DNA from: the human T2T-CHM13v2.0 reference genome, Homo sapiens
Assembly (NCBI RefSeq): GCF_009914755.1
Contig: NC_060929.1
DNA: 64,000 nucleotides
Strand: one strand, 5' to 3'
Shown here: piece after piece, positions 1 to 13,136 of the stretch
Layout of the letters: every line of letters starts with the position of its first letter
How positions within the stretch are numbered: position 1 is the stretch's first letter
Translations under genes and position numbers: made by a program
The notes under the pieces: generated by a model
What the model was told of the DNA's origin: nothing
The model's input: the letters and a program-made list of their open reading frames with translations, nothing else
Database searches by the model: none

Positions 1-199
1 ATGGCCTGACCTCCAGGGCCCAACTCCATTTAGGGCCAGGCTTGACTATGAGGCTACTGAGGAGAAAGTGGGGACTACCTGAAGTTCCCAAGAAGAGTGA
101 TAGGCTTGGGTCTGACATTAATCAAGATCCCTGGATTTGTATAGCATGTTACTTATTTTGATTTTGAGGATAAAATATCATATTCAATACTAATATTTC

Positions 200-392
200 A
201 TCCTCATCCTTTCGTAGGTCTTTCATAATAACCGTGTGAGGCCATCAGAGTACACATCATTGCTAACATTTTATAATTGGAAATGGGATCTAAACAATAT
301 TCAGTGACTGGCAAGGTCACACATGATGGGTGATTGCAGCCAGGCTGGGGCTCCAATATTCTGGCTCCCTGTCCAATGCTTGTCACTGCCCT
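200..392 (-). mobile_element. MIR SINE fragment
   Basis: Degenerate match to the MIR core in reverse orientation (cattttata...gtgactggcaaggtcacaca...ctggctcc...ccaatgct). Confidence 0.5.
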
Positions 393-629
393 GTGCCACC
401 TACTACTGCACACATATCCCATGTCCTTCCAGGGAGGAAAGAGGCTGTTTGGGCAGAAAATGATGATCCTTAGCTGCTAACTCTGTCAGCACAAAGAGAG
501 TGGGACTGCAGATGACCTCCAACACTGAATAAACCAAAAAGGATTCATTTAACGTTTGAGAACAAATTCTCAGGTAAGAAATCTACCTTGTCCATCATAT
601 TTTATTGTTTTAATAAAAAGTAAGAAAAA

Positions 630-944
<315 letters not shown>

Positions 945-974
945 TTATTTCATTTAGCCATCGTAACAGTATGC

Positions 975-1075
975 AAAAGTATTATCATCCATTTCACACA
1001 AATGAGGAAACAGAGTCAGAGAGGTTATGTATGATATTTTGCTCAAAGTCTTGTAGCTAGGAATGAGCCTTCCCA
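975..1075 (-). mobile_element. MIR SINE fragment
   Basis: attatcatccatttcacacaaatgaggaaacagagtcagagaggtt matches the reverse-complement MIR core. Confidence 0.7.
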
Positions 1076-1144
1076 AAAGCTCATGAATGTTAAGAGGTCC
1101 CCCCTTTTTTGGGTCAGCTTTGCCATTTGGAAGGAAGAATATGA

Positions 1145-1272
1145 ATTCTGGCTCTATCACTTAGATTTCTTGTGATCCAGACTAGTTATTATTTTGGTCC
1201 CAGAGAATAACTTCTCTCATTTCCAAAATGCAGATAAGATACCTCCTTTCCAAGAAGGTTATGAGGATTAGC
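1145..1272 (+). mobile_element. MIR SINE fragment
   Basis: ttctggctctatcactta...ttctctcatttccaaaatgcagataagatacctcct...gttatgaggatta resembles the forward MIR core. Confidence 0.55.
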
Positions 1273-1721
1273 ATCAACTGCTAACATACTTTGCGTGTTT
1301 TCTAAACACTTTTTCTAAGTTCTTTCCACCTATTATCGTATTAACTGCTCCAAGCATCTCTATGGGAATGGGTACTACTTTTTTAGCCCCGGGTCCCAGG
1401 TGAGAAATCAGAAACAGAGCATTTAAGAGATGCTTCCAAGTTAGGAGCTGGAAAGGCCAGCTCCTTGAAGGCCTTGAAGTCAAGGCATCTGACTGCACAG
1501 TCCACACTCCCAACCACTGCACTCCATGACCTCTCTGATTTAAAACGACTGAGACATAACAAGAGCTCAATAAAGAGGGTCTGTTATATCATCGTGATGG
1601 CTGGTAGCTGAAGTGAATGGAAGGGACCTTTCACCAGGACCAACCCACAAAACAGCTGAACGTACCCACGTCAGGAATGCAAATGAGGGAGGAGCACTGA
1701 GTCCTCCACAGACAATGGAGG

Positions 1722-2150
1722 TGACATGGTTTGGATGGGTGTCCCCTCCAAATCCCATGTTGAAATGTAGTCTCCAGTGTTGGAAGTGGGGCCTGGTGGG
1801 AGGTGTTTAGGTCTTGGGGACAGATCCCTCATGAATAGCTCGTTGACCTCCTTGTGAGAGTGAGTTCTTGCTCTGAGTTCATGTAAAACCTGGTTGTTTA
1901 AAAGAGTGTGGCACTTCCTCCCTCTCTCTCTCTCTCTTGCTCCTACTTGCCATGTGACACGCTTCTCCCCCAGTGCCTCCCCCTTCACCTTCTGCCATGA
2001 GTAAAAGCTTCCTGAGGCTCTCACCAGAAGATGCTGGACTCATGCTTCTTGCACAGTCTGCAGAACCATGAGCCAAAATAAAATCTCTTTTCTTTATAAA
2101 TTACCCAGCCTCAAGTATTTCTTTATAGCAATGCAAAACAGCCTATCCCA
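1722..2150 (+). mobile_element. MaLR solo LTR (MSTB-like)
   Basis: TG...CA termini (tgacatggtttggatg...gcctatccca), typical MST body, AATAAA near 2077, exact 5-bp TSD GGAGG at 1717-1721 and 2151-2155. Confidence 0.92.
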
Positions 2151-2360
2151 GGAGGTAAGGTAGGCATTGGCCTCATAGCCCCTAGAGACCCTACTCCATC
2201 CCTGACAGGTTTGAGCCTCCCATGCCATTTTTCCTTCCCAGGCTTGGATGAGAGAATAATCTTAAGGAAGTCAGCATATGTTCTAGAAACATTCAGAAGA
2301 CAAAAGAGTCTGTTATGAAAGAACAAAGTATTTGTAATAATAAATTGAATGTTACATGGA

Positions 2361-2422
2361 CACACCCAGACATACACACACAGACACACACACACACAGT
2401 TTTTCTTCTCTCTCTCTCTCTC
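2361..2422. repeat. Compound (CA)n/(CT)n microsatellite
   Basis: Interrupted CA run followed by a CT run, seen directly. Confidence 0.85.
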
Positions 2423-3039
2423 CCCACTCCCCTCTCTCATACTTTGCAAACAAGCTCCTCAGCAGCTGGTAAGCTGTTCCCTGTCCTCCCACTCAGCCGA
2501 ATGCCAGTTGTCCCTCCATCCCAACCCAGGCTCTCATAATGGTTTCAGCTTCCAAGAGACAGCTTGACTCAAAATGCCATCCAGTCTGGCTGCCAGGGGA
2601 AGCATGAGGACTTATCCAGCAGAGAGGGACAGAAAACACGACAGCCAGAGCCCTCATGCCAGAAGAGCTCTAGGAACGTGAGCATCTGTGAGGTGTTTCT
2701 GCCCACAGGTGAGGCTGTGACCTCTGAAAATTACCGGCCTATTAGGGAATGTTTCATGAGGCAAGAGGGATCTTCCTCATTAGCCACTGGCCTCAGCCTA
2801 CCTTTCCAGGAGTTAAATGTAGGAGACAAATCATGCATTTTATGTCACTTGTATGCATCTTGTTTCTCTCACTCAGTGGTGCATCATAAATACCTCATTT
2901 TGTCCTATTTACTCATATTTTAGCAAGAAACCCCAGAGACCCAAGAGGGACAGAATCTGAAACTCTGAGAGTTCTCTGATTTACCTTTCTTTGATTCTAT
3001 CTCCTTTTACCTCTCAATTCCCTGTAATGGACTAATGAC

Positions 3040-3475
3040 AATCCTCTGTGGAAATGTCTGTGTTTTGTTTCCTTTATCTGGGAACAGACCCTGACCCGGC
3101 CCATAGCCATAGGGGTGGATGGGTGCCCTAGGCTAAGCCAGTCAGAGCTTATCACCTGTCCACAGAAGTTAGGTCAGTGGGAGAGCACAAGACCCAAGCC
3201 AGCCAATCAGAATCCTTTCCCTAGGTTTTTCAAAGCTGGGATTGAAAAGTGTACCTTCTTTTTTGGTTGTACCATAAGTTGAGCACTGCTTGCAGCCACC
3301 ATTCTAGTCCACTGAAGGCAGCTGGTCAGAGAAAATGGAAAGATAACAAGCTGAGAGGATGACTTCTGTGGTTTCCTGATTCTCCATTTCGTGGGTACAT
3401 GAGCTAATAAATCTTCCTTTTTGAATATGGAAAATTGTTTGAATTGGGCTTCTGTTGTTTGACTAGTGGCCAGCA
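3040..3475 (+). mobile_element. Old ERVL-class LTR fragment (LTR16-like)
   Basis: gccaatcagaatcctttccctagg and catgagctaataaatcttcctttttg...tttgaattgggcttctg resemble LTR16-family motifs; heavily diverged. Confidence 0.45.
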
Positions 3476-4149
3476 TTTGAAATGTGGTGGTGTGGCAGGG
3501 AAGGAGCTATTAAGCCATCTAGCCTCCTAAACCTTGTAAAATATGGTAGCCAAAGAGGAAGAGACTTTTAGGATATCTAAAGCAAAGCAATGTATTGCCA
3601 AGTTACCAAAAAAAAAAATTCAAAACAGCTGAAAAATTAGTGAAATATATTGGCCCAGGTACTTGAAAAGTCCCAAGGTGACTCTCACATACAGACAGCA
3701 AAGCTTAATCCAAAAGCTGAAAAACGGTCACCAACAGCTTAGAACCTTGCATCTCTCCTTTCACCTTCTATGGTATTAGCTTCATCCCTGCGCCCCATTC
3801 AGACCACTGAGAAAATCACTGTAAGGCAGGTAGACTCCCACCCCAGTTTTGTCACTTGCAGCTGTATTTAGTTATGAAAGTAATCTAAAAAGTGCAAGTA
3901 TGATGAAAATGAGAATTGTGCTTCCATTTCTATAAAATAATCTTAAAATCATCTATCTGTGTGTGTATATGTGTTAATATGTGCATGTATGTGTGTGACT
4001 GTATATGCATGAAAATGCAGGAAAAGATACATACCAGGTCATTAACATTGTTTACCAGGGGTGGGGAAGTAAAGACCAGGAAAGGAGGGCGAAAGACTCA
4101 GGAGAGGAGAAGTTGTTGATAATAACGGTATTTACGGTATGTATAGAGT

Positions 4150-4452
4150 TCTATGGATTTTCAGCATTTAGAGGCTGCCCACATTCCATAACTCCTGGCC
4201 CTTCCATCTTCAAAGCCAGCACTCGCTAGTCAACTCACATCACTCTGATATCGACTCTTCTGCCTCCCTCTTCCACATTTAAAGATCCAGGTGATTACAT
4301 TTTTGCCTGGCAATGTAACATATTCACAGGTTCTGGAGATTAGGACAGTGATGTCATCAGGATGACATTAGGATGTCCCTGTCCCAGAACCTATGAAGAT
4401 GTTAAATTTCATGGTGAGGGGGGTTAAAGTAGCAGATGAAATTAAGGTTGCC
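4150..4452. mobile_element. Two MLT1 (MaLR) LTR fragments in head-to-head orientation
   Basis: 4150-4348 reads as reverse MLT1 (gtaacatattcacaggttctggagattagga); 4372-4452 reads as forward MLT1 5' part (gtcccagaacctatgaagatgtta...gcagatgaaattaaggttgc). Confidence 0.6.
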
Positions 4453-4682
4453 ATTATTCCACCTTTTATACATTATGATCCCATTTGTGCAAATGTGGAT
4501 GCATAGATACATAAAGTGACAAAGAGGAAATGCATGTATATATATGTAAAGTAACAAAGTGATAAAGTGGAAGATAAGTCATCAAAATGATAGTGGTTCT
4601 CACAGGGAGTAGAAGTCAATTCACTTCATGTTTTTCTCAAAATTTTATGCAGTGTTTTATCTGTTTGAATATTTGTAAATCT

Positions 4683-5011
4683 GGCCAAGCGCAGTGGATC
4701 ACATCTGCAATCCCAGCACTTTGGGAGGCTGAGGTGGGAGAATTGCTTGCTATTTTGCCCAGGAGTTTGAGACCAGCCTAGGCAACGTATCAAGACCTCA
4801 GCTCTACAAAAAAAAAAATAAAAACCTTAGCTGGATGTGGTGGTGCATGCCTGTAATCCCAGCTACTCAGGAGGCTAAGGTGGGAGGATCCCTTGAGCCC
4901 AGGAGATTGAAGCTGCAGTGAGCCGTGATTGAGCCACTACACTCCAGCCTGGGTAACCGAGCAGCACTCTGCCTCAAAAATAAATAAATAAATACATAAA
5001 TAAATAAAAAA
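4683..5011 (+). mobile_element. Alu (AluJ-like)
   Basis: Dimeric Alu with J-type ttgagcccaggag/ctgcagtgagccgtgat and a (TAAA)n tail. Confidence 0.93.
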
Positions 5012-5964
5012 GCAAATTTATGTACAGGAAAAAGCAACAAAGTTTGTTTCATTGGTGAAAATCATCAATTTTAGTGGGGTGTGAGACCTGAGCTCCCTCA
5101 AGTATCTGAAGCACTGGATCTGAAAGGTCTGTGAGAGACGGCAGTAGCAGCCTCAGAGGAACTTTGTACTGACTAGAACCCCCTCCCGCCAAACACTCTT
5201 CTTCTGTACACAATAGGAGATAGTGAGCCAAAGCAATAGAAAAACTCCCATCTGATATTAATCCAATTAGAGAGATTCAAAGCCAAGTAGAACATGCAGA
5301 CTGATGGATGTGCAGAAACTACTTTGCAGCAGCTCTGCATGGAGCTGGGGAGGGCAGGTAATGAAGGCAACTCTGAAGGTCTCAGAATACGCACCCCGGA
5401 GGAAGTCACTTTCCCTCCTTCCCCAACAGCCTAGTCGAAAATGTCTACTCATTTTTGGGATCCTTCAGCTGTCCCTTTCCACATCCTTGGTCACTCTCAT
5501 GCACGTCCTTTTCAACTTCTCCCTTTCCTGGTCCCAAATGGCTGGCATACCAGCAGCCCTCCAAGAGCACCCTCCCCACATTAATTCTTGCTCTCTAGAA
5601 GACAACCTGCAACATCAGTGTTCCCTGGATCATGAGATATTTATTAAGTGTTCAGTGAAACATATGATTCTGTGGTCAAAACTTTGACCACAAGTTTTCT
5701 GTGGTCAAAACCTGGGAAGAGAGAGCTAATACAATTAAATTCATTGTTTCTCTGCAGGACACCCCAGAGGCCTTGATATGCTCATGTGCCCTGCGTTGCA
5801 CTGCAATACGCCAGGAGGTGGCTGCAGTAAGCAGTAAATCCACCTAACTGTGGGATCATCATGTTATTAAAGAATAACAGGTGAAATTATTACTCCACAT
5901 GCTGGAAACAGTGTTAAAGACCTCTCTGTGATGGTAGGGCGAGTTAAGAATTTAATTTTGCAGC

Positions 5965-6100
5965 CCAAAAGAGCCTTAGAAACCATCTTGTCCAACTCCT
6001 TTATTTTAAAGCTTAAGAAAGGCACAGAGAGTAAAGTGACTTGCCTGAAGTTCCACAGCTAGTTACTAGCAAAGAAAAGAATCTCTTTCCAGTGCTCTTA
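5965..6100 (-). mobile_element. MIR SINE fragment
   Basis: ccatcttgtccaactcc...ggcacagagagtaaagtgacttgcctgaagttccacagctagt matches the reverse MIR core. Confidence 0.65.
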
Positions 6101-6575
6101 TTTGCTCACTATTTTATACCATCCCAAGTTACATCTACTAAACACAGAAAGGAGGTTCCTCTCATATGGCACATCTGTGGGAAATCACAAAGTACCCCTG
6201 GAAGCTTTAAGCCTTATCTAAGTTGGAATATTGGCTCTGTTACCTACTGAAGGTATTTTAGACATCATGGTCAAATGGTGGGTTGTTTTGATTTGCGATG
6301 GTGGTTGGACAGAAGGGCATGTAGAATTGTAATTCACCTTAAAGATTTCCTCATCCAACATTTCACATGGGGCAGGAATGTTACCTATAGAAATCCAGAA
6401 AAGTGATTATAATGTTTTGTAAAACTGTTTCATTAAGATTTGATATACAGTCAACTATCCATTATTAATAAACTACTAATTTACAATTTAATACATTTTG
6501 ACACATTTTTACACCCATGGAACTATTACCATTATCAAAACAGTCAGTATATCCACCATCCCCAAATATTTCTTT

Positions 6576-9500
6576 TTTAAAAACAATTTTTTAAAATTTT
6601 TTATTTCCATAGGTTTGGTGAGGAACAGGTGGTATTTGGTTACACGAGTAAGTTCTTTAGTGGTGATTTGTGAGATTTTGGTGCATCCATCACCCGAGCA
6701 GTATACACTGAACCCAAATTGTAGTCTTTTATCCCCCATCTCCTTCCCCCGCTTTCTTCCCACATCCACAGAGTCCATTGTGTCATTCTTATGCCCTGGC
6801 ATCCTCATTGTTTAGCTTCCACTTATGAGTGAGAATAACGTTTGGTTTTCCATTCCTGAGTTACTTCACTTAGAATAATAGTCTCCAATCCCATCCAGGT
6901 TGGGGTTTCCAATCCCATCCAGGTTACTGCAAATGCCATTAATTCATACGTTTTTATGGCTGAGTGGTATTCCATCATATATATATATATGCGCCAGTTT
7001 TTTTATCCACTCACTGATTGATGGGCATTTGGGCTGGTTCCACATTTTTGAAATTGCAAATTGTGTTGCTATAAACATGCATGTGCAAGTATCTTTTTCA
7101 TATGATGACTTCTTTTCCTCTGGGTAGATACATAGGAGTGGGATTGCTGGGATCAAATGGTAGTTCTACTTTTAGTTCTTTAAGGAATTTCCACACTGTT
7201 TTCCATAGTGGTTGCACTAGTTTACATTCCCACAAACAGTGTAGAAGTGTTCCTTTTTCATCTCATCTGCACCAACATCTACTATTTTTTTATGTTTTGA
7301 TTACGGCCATTCTTGCGGGAGTAAGGTGGTATTGCATTGTGATTTTGATTTGCATTTCCCTGATCATTAGTGATGTTGAGCATTTTTTCATGTGTTTCTT
7401 GGCCATTTATATATCCTCTTTTGAGCATTGTCTATTCATGTCCTTAGCCCACTTTTTGATGTGATTGTTTTGTTTTTTCTTGCTAATTTGCTTGAGTTCA
7501 TTGTAGATTCTGAATATTAGTCCTTTGTTGGATGTATAGATTGTGAAGATTTTTTCCCACTCTGTGGGTTGTCTGTTTACTCCACTGACTGTTCCTTTTG
7601 CTGTGCAAAAGCTCTTTAGTTTAATTAGGTCCCAGATATTTATCTTTGTTTTTATTGCATTTGCTTTTGGGTTCTTGATCATGAAATCCTTACCTAAGCC
7701 AATGCCTAGAAGGGTTTTCCTTATGTTAGTTTTTAGAATTTGTATAGTTTCAGGTCATAGATTTAAGTCCTTCATTGACCTTGAGTTGATTTTTGTATAA
7801 GGTGAGAGATAAGGATCCAGTTTAATTCCCCTACATGTGGCTTGCCAATTATCCCAGTATGATTTGTTGAATAGGGTGTCCTTTTCCCACTTTCTGTTTT
7901 TGTTTGTTTTGCCAAAAATCATTTGACAAATTGGTTTATTTCTGGGTTCTCTATTCTTTTCCATTGGTCTATGTGCCTATTGTTATACCAGTGCCATGCT
8001 GCATTGGTGACTATAGCCTTGTAGTTTAGTTTGAAATCAGGTAATGTGATACCCCCAGATTTGTTTTGTTTGTTTGGTTGGTTGGGTTTTTTTTTTTGTT
8101 TTTTATTTTTTATTTTTGCTTAGTCTTGCTTTGGCTATGCAGGCTCTTTTTGGTTTCATATGGATTTTAGGATTGGTTTTTCTAGTTCTGTGAAGAATGA
8201 TGGTGGTATTTTGATGGGAACTGCACTGAATTTGTAGATTGCTTTTGGCAGTATGGTCATTTTCACAATATTGATTTTACCCATCCATGAGCATGGGATG
8301 TGTTTCCATTTGTTTGTGTTGTCTATGATTTGTTTCAGCAGTGTTTTGTAGTTTTCCTTGTAGAGGTCTTTCACCTCCTTGGTTAGGTACAAAGTATTTT
8401 GGGGTTTTTTGCAGCTATTGCAAAAGGAGTTAAGTTCTTGATTTGATTCTCAGCTTGGTCACTGTTGGTGTATAGAAGAGCTGCTGATTTATGCAAATTA
8501 ATTTTGTATCCTGAAACTTTGCTGAATTCTTTTATCAGTTCTAGGAGCTTTCTGGAGAAATTTTAGGGTTTTATAGGTATACAATCATATCATCAGCAAA
8601 TAGCAACAGTTTCACTTCCTCTTCACTGATTTCAATGTCCTTTATTTCCTTCTCTTGTCTGATTGCTCTGGCTAGGACTTCCGGTACTATGTTGAATAGA
8701 AGTGGTGAGAGTGGGCAGCATCCTTGTCTTCTTCCAGTTTTCAGAGGAAATGCTTTCAACTTTTCCCTGTTTAGTGTTATGTTGGCTACAGGTTTGTCAT
8801 AGATGGCTTTTATTGCATTGTGGTAGGTCCCTTGTATGCCAGTTTTGCCAAGGGTTTTCATCATAAAGGGATGCTGAATTGTGTCAAATGCTTTTTCTGC
8901 ATCTATTGAGATGATCATGCGATTTTAGTTTTTAATTCTGCTTATGTCGTGTATCACATTTATTGACTTGCATATGTTAAACCATCCCTGTGTCCCTGGT
9001 ATGAAATCCACTTGATCATGGTGGATTATCTTTTTGATATGCTGTTGGATTCAGTTAGCTACTATTTTGTTAAGGATTTTTGCATCTATATTCATCAAGG
9101 ATATTGGTCTGTAGTTTTATTTTTTGCCTATGTCCTTTCCTGGTTTTGGTATTAGGGTGATACTGGCTTCATAGAATGATTTAGGGAGGATTCCTTCTTT
9201 CTCTAACTTGTGGAATAGTGTCAATAGGATTGGTATCAATTCTTCTTTGAATGTCTGGTAGAATTCAGTTGTAAATCCATCTGGTCCTGGACTTCTTTTT
9301 GTTGGTAATTTTTTCAATTACCATTTCAATCTTGCTGCTTGTTATTGGTCTGTTCAGGGTTTCTAATTCTTCCTGATTTAAGCTAAGAGGGTTGTATGTT
9401 TCCAGGAATTTATCCATCTCCTCTAGGTTTTCTAGTTTATGCATGTAAAGGAGTTCATAAGAGGCTTGAATGATCTTTTGTATTTCTGCGGTGTCGGTTG

Positions 9501-12500
9501 TAATATCTCCTGTTTCATTTCTAATTGAGCTTATTTGGATCTTCTCTCTTCTTGGTAAATCTTGCTAATAGTCTTTCAGTTTTATTTATTTTTTCAAAGA
9601 AGCAGCTTTTTGTTTCACTTATCTTTTGTATTTGTTTGTTTCAATTTCATTTATTTCTGCTCTGATCTTGGCTATTTCCTTTCTTCTGCTGGTTTGGGGT
9701 TTGGTTTGTTCTTGTTTCTCTAGTTCCTTGAGGTGTGACCTTAGATTGTCTATTTGTGCTCTTTTACTTCTTGATGTAGGCCTTTAAGACTACGAACTTT
9801 CCTTTTAGCACCACTTTTGCTGTATCCCAGAGGTTTTGATAGATTGTGTCACTATTACCATTCAGTTTAAAGAATTTTTAAAGTTCCATCTTGGTTTCAT
9901 TGTATACTTAATTATCATTCAGGAGCAGGTATTTAATTTCCATGTATCTGCAAGGTTTTGAGGTCCCTTTTGGAGTGGATTTCCAGTTTTATTCAACTAT
10001 GATCTGAGGGAGTACTTGATATAATTTCAATTTTCTTAAATTTATTGAGACTTGTTTTGTGGCCTATCATATGGTCTATCTTGGAAAAAGTTCCATGCAC
10101 TGATGAATAGAATTTACATTCTGAAGTTGTTGGGTAGAATGTTCTGTAAATATCTGTTAAGTCCATTTATTTCAGGGTATAGTTTAAATCCATTGTTTCT
10201 TTGTTGATTTTCTTTCTTGATGACCTGTCTATTGCTGTCAGTGGAGTACTGAATTCCTTCATTATTATTGTGTTGCTGTCTATCTCATTTCTTAGGTCTA
10301 GTAATTGTTTTATAAATTTGGGATCTCCAGTGTTAGGTGCATATATACTTAGGATTGTGATATTTTCCTGTTGGACAAAGATTTTATCATTATATAATGT
10401 CCTTCTTTGGCTTTTTTAACTGCTGTTGCTTTAGTTTGCTTTGTCTGATATAAGAATTGCTTATATCAGCTGCTTGCTTTTGGTGTCCATTTGCATGGAA
10501 TATCTTTTTCTACCCCTTTACCTTAAGTTTATGTGAGTCCTTATGTGTTAGGTGAGTATTCTGAATGCAGCAGATCCTTGGTTGGTGAATTCTTATCCAT
10601 TGTGCAATTCTGTATCATCTGAGTGGAGCATTTAGGCCATTTAGATTCAACATTAGTATTGAGATGTGACATACTATTCCATTCATCGTGCTATTTGTTG
10701 CCTGTATACCTTGGGGTTTTTTAATTGTATTTTTGTTTTATAGGTCCTGTGAGATTTATGCTTTGAAGAGGTTCTATTTTGATGTATTTCCAGCAATTAT
10801 TTCAAGATTTAGAGCTTCTTTTAGTAGTTCTTGTAGTGCTGGCTTGGTAGTGGCAAATTCTGTCAGCATTCGTTTGCCTGAAAAAGACCGTATCTTTCCT
10901 TCATTTATGAAGCTTAGTTTTGCTGGATACAAAATTCTTAGCTGATAATTGTTTTGTTTAAGGGGGCTGAAGATAGGGCCCCAGTTCCTTCTAGCTTGTA
11001 AAGTTTCTCCTGAGGAATATGCTGTTAATCTGATAGGTTTTCTGTTAGAGGTTACTTGGTGCTTTTGCCTCACAGCTCTTAAGATTCTTTCCTTTGTCTT
11101 GTTTTTAGATAACCTGATGACAATTTGCCTAGGTGGTGATCTTTTTACAATGAATTTCCCAGTTTTCTTTGAGCTTCTTGTATTATTTTCCAAACTTTTA
11201 GATTTCTATTCTTTCTCAGGAACACCAATTATTCTTAGGTTTGGTCATTTAACATAATCCTAAACTTCTTGGAGGCTTTGTTCATCTTTTAAAATTCTTT
11301 TTTCTTTGCCTTTTTTAGATTGGGTTAACTCAAAAAACTTGTCTTCGAGCTTTGAAGTTCTTTCCTCCGCTTGTTGCATTCTATTGCTGAGACTTTCCAG
11401 AACATTTTGCATTTCTCTAAGTGTGTCCTTTATTTCCTGAAGTTATGATTGTTTTTTATTTGTGCTATCTATTTCACTGAAGATTTCTCTCCTCATTTCT
11501 TGTATCATTTTTTAAAATTTGCTTAAATTGGACTTCACTTTTCTCTGGTGCCTATTTGATTAGCTTAATAATTGACCTTATGAATTCTTTTTCAGGTAAA
11601 TCAGGGATTTCTTCTTGGTTTGGATGCATTGCTAGTAAGCTAGTGTGATTTTTGGAGGGTGTTAAAGAATTTTGTTTTGCCATATTACCAGAATTGTTTT
11701 TCTGGTTCCTTCTCACTTGGGTAAGCTATATCAGAGGGACGATCTGGGGCTCAAGGCTGCTGTTCAGATTCTTTTGTCCCACTGGGTATTCCCTTGATGT
11801 AGTACTATCCCCCTTTTCCTAGGGATGTGGCTTCCTGAGAGTCGAGCTGTAGTGATTGTTATTTCTCTTCTGGATCTAGCCACCTAGCAGGACTACCAGG
11901 TTCTAGGCCAGTACTACGGGTTGTCTGCACAGAGTCCTGAGATGTGAACTGTCTGCAGGTGTCTCAGCCATGGCTACCAGCACCTGCTCTAGCGGAGATG
12001 GCACAGGGTGAAGTGGACTCTGTCAGGGTCCTTAGTTTTGGTTGTTTAATGCACTATTTTTATGCTGGTTGGCCTCCTGCCAGGAGGTGGGGATTTCAAG
12101 AGAGCATTAGCTGTGTTAGTATAGGGAGGTTCAGGCAGTAGGTGGGTCCTGGAACTCCCAAGAGAATATACCCTTTGTCTTCAGCTACCAGGGTGGATAA
12201 GGAAGGACCATCAGGTGGGGACAGGGTTAGGCGTGTCTGAGCTCAGACTCTTCTTAGGTGGGGCTTGGTGTGGCTGCTGTGGGAGATGGGGGAGAGTTCC
12301 CAGGTCAATAGAGTTATATCCTCAGGAGGATTATGGCTGCCTCTGTTGTGTCATGCAGGTTGTCAGGGAAGTGGAGGAAAGCCAGCAGTTACAGGTCTCC
12401 TCCAGCTCCCATACAATCCAAAAGGCTGGTCTCACTCCCACTGTGCCCTCCAACAACAGCACTGAGTTTGTTTCCAGGCAGTGGGTGAGCAGGGCTGAGA

Positions 12501-13136
12501 ACTTGCCCCAGTATACAGACCTCCCAGCTGTGAAAGCAAGCAGGGCTTTTGCGCCTCCCTGCTTGTCAAGTCTGCACACTGGATTCACACTCTCCCCCAA
12601 ATTCTGGCCAGGAGACTTGGCATTCAGTTGGAATTGTTACAAAGTTCAGCTGGAGGTTTCCTTCTCCCTGTACCTTGCATGTACCTCTGGCAGCCCTCCC
12701 CAAAGACCCCTGTGAGACAAGTCTGAAATGGCTGTCCTGGGGACCCAGAGAGCCCACAGGGCTTTTCCCACTGCTTCCTCTACCCCTGTATTTAGCTTGG
12801 CTCTCTAAATTGACTCAGCCCCAGTTAAGGTCAAATCCTTCTCCTGTGATCTAGATCGTCATGTTTCCCAGTGAGGGTGTGTGTTTGGGGGCAGATAATC
12901 CCCCTTTCCCACTTTCACAGCTTGGGCACTCACAGTATTTGGGTCATCTCCCGGGTCCAGCAGGTGCAATCTGCTTCCTTCAGAGGGTCTGTGGGTTCTC
13001 TTGGCTTTCTTGGTATGTTCCTGCAGTAGTTCTGGAGCAAAAGTTCACAATGAGAGTCTCCACACACTGCTCTGTCTGTTCGAGTGGGAGCTGCAATCTA
13101 GTCCTGCCTCTTATCTGCCATTTTTCTCCCATCTCG
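6576..13136 (-). mobile_element. Full-length LINE-1 (L1PB1/L1PBa-like), ORFs decayed
   Basis: L1PB-type 3' end (ggaacaggtggtatttggttacac), ORF2 fragments ([11 protein letters not shown] at 8571-8918, [13 protein letters not shown] at 9117-9317), ORF1 fragment (10774-11193), 5' end gggagaaaaatggcagataagaggcaggactag on the minus strand, exact TSD CAAATATTTCTTT at 6563-6575 and 13137-13149. Confidence 0.95.
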
